In this document: positions 59,234 to 64,000 of the stretch, piece by piece | How positions within the stretch are numbered: the stretch's first letter is position 1 | Layout of the letters: each line of letters opens with the position of its first letter | Source of the DNA: an uncultured Saprospirales bacterium | GTDB lineage: Bacteria > Bacteroidota > Bacteroidia > Chitinophagales > JADIYW01 | Direction of reading: 5' to 3' | NCBI GenBank assembly: GCA_938008535.1 | Contig: CALLKF010000164.1 | Span: forward strand, 10,202 to 74,201 | Length of the DNA stretch: 64,000 nt | Position numbers and translations under genes: made by a program | The notes under the pieces: model-generated | Told to the model about the DNA's origin: nothing | Databases searched by the model: none | The model's input: the letters and a program-made list of their open reading frames with translations, nothing else

Positions 59234-60958
59234 ATGTACGATATTTCCATCTTAACTGATATGTTATTGCCTGAATTGAAAGAAGCAGCTGAAAAGTTGT
59301 TAATTCCAAAAGCAAAAATAGCAAAATCTAAGAAACCTGAATTAATAGATCTTATTTTAAAAATGCAAGAAATGAATGAAACTGATGTGGTAGAAACCAC
59401 AAACGAAACTATTGTAAATATTGCAGATAACGAGGCAATTATAACAAACGAAACAATAGCAAAAACAGAAATAGTAGCTGAAAACAATACAACTGCTGAA
59501 ATAAAAAAAGAGCGTATTCGTATTCCACGTAAAACTGTTGAAAAAGTGGTTCCAATCAAAAAAGAAAATCCATTTTCTGATAGAAATGCCATGAATGCTG
59601 AGTTTGCAAAAGAAAACATGCATGCAAAACCAACTCCAAAAGAGTTTGTAAAACCTAAAAAAGAAGACCAACCAACTTTTATTGCTGAAGAAAACAACAA
59701 CAACGATAATCATAATACCAGCAACCACAACCAAGAATATAACAATAACAACCAAGTAAATCAACAAAACCAACAAGAGTCTGAGAATAATAACTTTCCA
59801 GTACAAGAAGAAAGAGAAAAAAAACCAGAATTTAATGTTGATTTAGATGGTGTTATTTTAGGTGAAGGTGTTTTGGAAATTATTCCAGAAGGTTATGGGT
59901 TTTTACGTTCATCAGACTATAATTACCTATCATCACCAGATGATGTGTATGTTTCTCCGTCGCAAATTAAATTAATTGGACTAAAAACTGGTGATACAAT
60001 CGTTGGTGCAATTCGTCCACCAAAAGAAGGCGAAAAATATTTCGCTTTGTTGCGTGTAGAATCTATCAACGGAAAAACACCGCAAGAAATCAGAGACAGA
60101 ATTCCATTTGATTATTTAACACCTTTATTTCCACAGGAAAAATTAGATCTATTTCAAGATGCGACTAACTATTCAACGCGTGTTGTGGATTTATTTACGC
60201 CAATTGGAAAAGGTCAACGTGGTATGATTGTGGCGCAACCGAAAACTGGTAAAACCATGTTGTTAAAAGATATTGCTAATTCTATCGCAAAAAATCATCC
60301 TGAAGTATATTTAATTATTTTGCTGATTGATGAAAGACCAGAAGAAGTAACAGATATGCAACGCAGTGTAAATGCTGAAGTAGTAGCTTCTACGTTTGAT
60401 GAACCTGCAGACCGACACGTGAAAGTGGCAAGTATTGTATTGCAAAAAGCAAAACGTTTGGTAGAATGTGGCCACGATGTAGTAATTTTATTAGATTCAA
60501 TTACTCGTTTAGCGCGTGCATATAACACGGTTGCACCATCGTCAGGTAAAGTATTATCAGGTGGTGTGGAAGCAAACGCATTACACAAACCAAAACAATT
60601 TTTTGGCGCAGCGCGTAATATCGAAAATGGTGGTTCATTAACCATTATTGCAACTGCATTAACTGATACAGGTTCAAAAATGGACGAAGTAATTTTCGAA
60701 GAATTTAAAGGAACTGGAAATATGGAATTGCAGTTAGATAGAAAATTATCAAACAAACGTATTTTTCCGGCAATTGATGTGGTTTCGTCTTCAACCAGAC
60801 GCGATGATTTGTTGTTAGATAAAGAAACCTTACATAAAATGTGGGTTTTACGCAACCATTTAGCGGATATGAATGCTGAAGAATCGATGAAATTCTTATT
60901 GCAACAAATGAAAGGAACACGCAACAACGAAGAGTTTTTGTTGACGATGAATAGATAA
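59234..60958 (+). CDS. rho: Transcription termination factor Rho with ~160-aa N-terminal insertion
   Basis: 574-aa ORF with the CSD-like segment [14 protein letters not shown], the P-loop AQPKTGKT and [10 protein letters not shown]. An Asn/Gln/Glu-rich insert spans aa ~46-204. Confidence 0.95.
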   Translation: MYDISILTDMLLPELKEAAEKLLIPKAKIAKSKKPELIDLILKMQEMNETDVVETTNETIVNIADNEAIITNETIAKTEIVAENNTTAEIKKERIRIPRKTVEKVVPIKKENPFSDRNAMNAEFAKENMHAKPTPKEFVKPKKEDQPTFIAEENNNNDNHNTSNHNQEYNNNNQVNQQNQQESENNNFPVQEEREKKPEFNVDLDGVILGEGVLEIIPEGYGFLRSSDYNYLSSPDDVYVSPSQIKLIGLKTGDTIVGAIRPPKEGEKYFALLRVESINGKTPQEIRDRIPFDYLTPLFPQEKLDLFQDATNYSTRVVDLFTPIGKGQRGMIVAQPKTGKTMLLKDIANSIAKNHPEVYLIILLIDERPEEVTDMQRSVNAEVVASTFDEPADRHVKVASIVLQKAKRLVECGHDVVILLDSITRLARAYNTVAPSSGKVLSGGVEANALHKPKQFFGAARNIENGGSLTIIATALTDTGSKMDEVIFEEFKGTGNMELQLDRKLSNKRIFPAIDVVSSSTRRDDLLLDKETLHKMWVLRNHLADMNAEESMKFLLQQMKGTRNNEEFLLTMNR

Positions 60959-61173
60959 TAATTGTAGAATTAGAGAATTTTAGACTTGTGAAATAGTTGA
61001 AAATCACTGATTTTTACTTTTCTTAAAGGTTAAATTATTGATTTTCTGCTAAAAAAAAGCATTTTCAAATTATTTCATTTTCAAATTAGCTAATTAAATA
61101 CTATCTTTGCAGTCCGAATTTTAGGAATTCATTCTATAATTCAACCATTCATAATTCAAATAATTGAAATAAA

Positions 61174-61329
61174 ATGAAAAGAACGTTTCAGCCATCGGTA
61201 AGAAAAAGAAAGAACAAACACGGTTTCCGTGAACGTATGGCAACAAAAGGTGGTCGTGCAGTTTTGAACGCACGTAGAGCTAAAGGCAGAAAAAAATTAT
61301 CTATTTCTGACGAAAGAAGAGGCAAATAA
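61174..61329 (+). CDS. rpmH: 50S ribosomal protein L34 (below the ORF-track cutoff)
   Basis: My translation is [51 protein letters not shown] (51 aa). A TATCTTTG -7 box lies at 61102-61109. Confidence 0.9.
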   Translation: MKRTFQPSVRKRKNKHGFRERMATKGGRAVLNARRAKGRKKLSISDERRGK

Positions 61330-61349
61330 TCACTGAACAAGGTAGTCAT

Positions 61350-61727
61350 ATACGATTTACGTTCAGCAAAGATGAACGACTAAAAAGTAGAAAATTAATT
61401 GACGAACTTTTTAGCGACAAAACTTTTGTACAAAACTCAACTGTAAGAATTTACTATAAATCAATAGAATTGAATTGCGCCTTTCCGGCGCAATTTGCAT
61501 TTGCCATTTCCAAGAAAATATTTCCTTTAGCAAAAGACAGAAACCGCATCAAACGACTGATGCGCGAAAGTGTGCGTTTGCAAAAGCCAGTTTTTTATCA
61601 ATTATTACAAGAAAAAAACAAACAACTTATTTTGTTACTTAGTTATCATTCAAAAAAAATGAGTGATTTTAAAGAAATAGATGAAAGCGTAACAAAGTTT
61701 TTAAACAAAGTTTTAAATGAACTATAA
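61350..61727 (+). CDS. rnpA: Ribonuclease P protein component; 5' end uncertain (no canonical start codon for the conserved N-terminus)
   Basis: The frame is open from 61311. Translation reads [21 protein letters not shown]...[27 protein letters not shown]. The track starts at TTG 61470 and loses the conserved N-terminal part. ATA at 61350 sits where Met1 is expected. Confidence 0.75.
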   Translation: MRFTFSKDERLKSRKLIDELFSDKTFVQNSTVRIYYKSIELNCAFPAQFAFAISKKIFPLAKDRNRIKRLMRESVRLQKPVFYQLLQEKNKQLILLLSYHSKKMSDFKEIDESVTKFLNKVLNEL

Positions 61728-61752
61728 TGACATTTACAATGTTAAAATTACA

Positions 61753-61986
61753 ATGAATTTACTCAAACAAATACTCATCTTTCCATTTATAGTTTTAATA
61801 AAAGCATATAAAGCAGTGCTTTCACCGCATTTGGGTGCCAATAAATGTCGTTACCAACCTTCGTGTTCTACTTATGCAATCGAAGCGTTACAAAAACATG
61901 GCTTGTTTAAAGGTGGATATTTAGCTGCAAAACGTATTTTATCATGTCATCCTTATGGTGGTTCTGGATATGATCCTGTTCCTTAA
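61753..61986 (+). CDS. yidD: Membrane protein insertion efficiency factor YidD
   Basis: Start chosen at [12 protein letters not shown] (61753). It contains [19 protein letters not shown]...RILSCHP. Confidence 0.85.
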   Translation: MNLLKQILIFPFIVLIKAYKAVLSPHLGANKCRYQPSCSTYAIEALQKHGLFKGGYLAAKRILSCHPYGGSGYDPVP

Positions 61987-62035
61987 TTATTTTTAACCAT
62001 TGTAGTAAACTAATTTTAGTAGTTTTATTGTTTAG

Positions 62036-64000
<1,965 letters not shown>

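Noticed and set aside
59218-59806. Two long antisense ORFs (161 and 149 aa) opposite the rho 5' region
   Set aside because: They are by-products of the low-complexity, stop-poor insertion in rho. Their products are hydrophobic and repetitive nonsense.
60295-61007. 210-aa and 100-aa minus-strand ORFs opposite the rho ATPase domain
   Set aside because: They are antisense to one of the most conserved bacterial genes.

Overview
AT-rich (about one-third G+C by eye) chromosomal segment that looks like a Bacteroidota genome, probably Flavobacteriales-like. Supporting marks are a PKD adhesin with a T9SS type-B C-terminal sorting domain, a BatA-domain protein, TTG/TAnnTTTG promoters, a 938-aa CarB and a Rho with a large N-terminal insertion. 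About 70 tightly packed genes are almost all housekeeping or core metabolism. They include carB, fadH, the homogentisate route for Phe/Tyr catabolism (phhA, hmgA, hppD, fahA plus a MarR regulator), miaA, a CCA-type nucleotidyltransferase, dapD, rnhB, dtd, nrdB-nrdA, a split YeeE/YedE pair with a rhodanese, serS, rho, rpmH-rnpA-yidD and one tRNA-Lys(UUU). I found no CRISPR array, IS element, integrase or recognisable multi-gene defence island. The most unusual items are listed here. (1) 50477-50631 is a stand-alone 155-nt tRNA-like RNA gene with its own consensus promoter and terminator. It has a class-II-type D arm, a textbook T arm and an ~86-nt insertion at the variable-arm position. It sits next to an isolated UvrD-like helicase-HTH gene. 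(2) Around 63536 there is an abrupt compositional and gene-content break, where an S41 peptidase ORF runs in frame into the middle of a G+C-rich IMP dehydrogenase gene. This is most likely a chimeric join. (3) rnpA has no canonical start codon for its conserved N-terminus. (4) A dihydroorotase-like protein has lost all catalytic ligands. (5) A KDSR-like reductase operon hints at sphingolipid or sulfonolipid synthesis. (6) A membrane protein combines two Tim44-like domains, Zn ribbons and a TerB-like domain. (7) Short dispersed intergenic repeats are present. Two real ORFs that run off the window edges (PhoD-like at 1-1424, S41 peptidase/guaB at 62054-64000) and two short genes (rpmH, a 51-aa ORF) are missing from the supplied ORF track. 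I translated these by hand.
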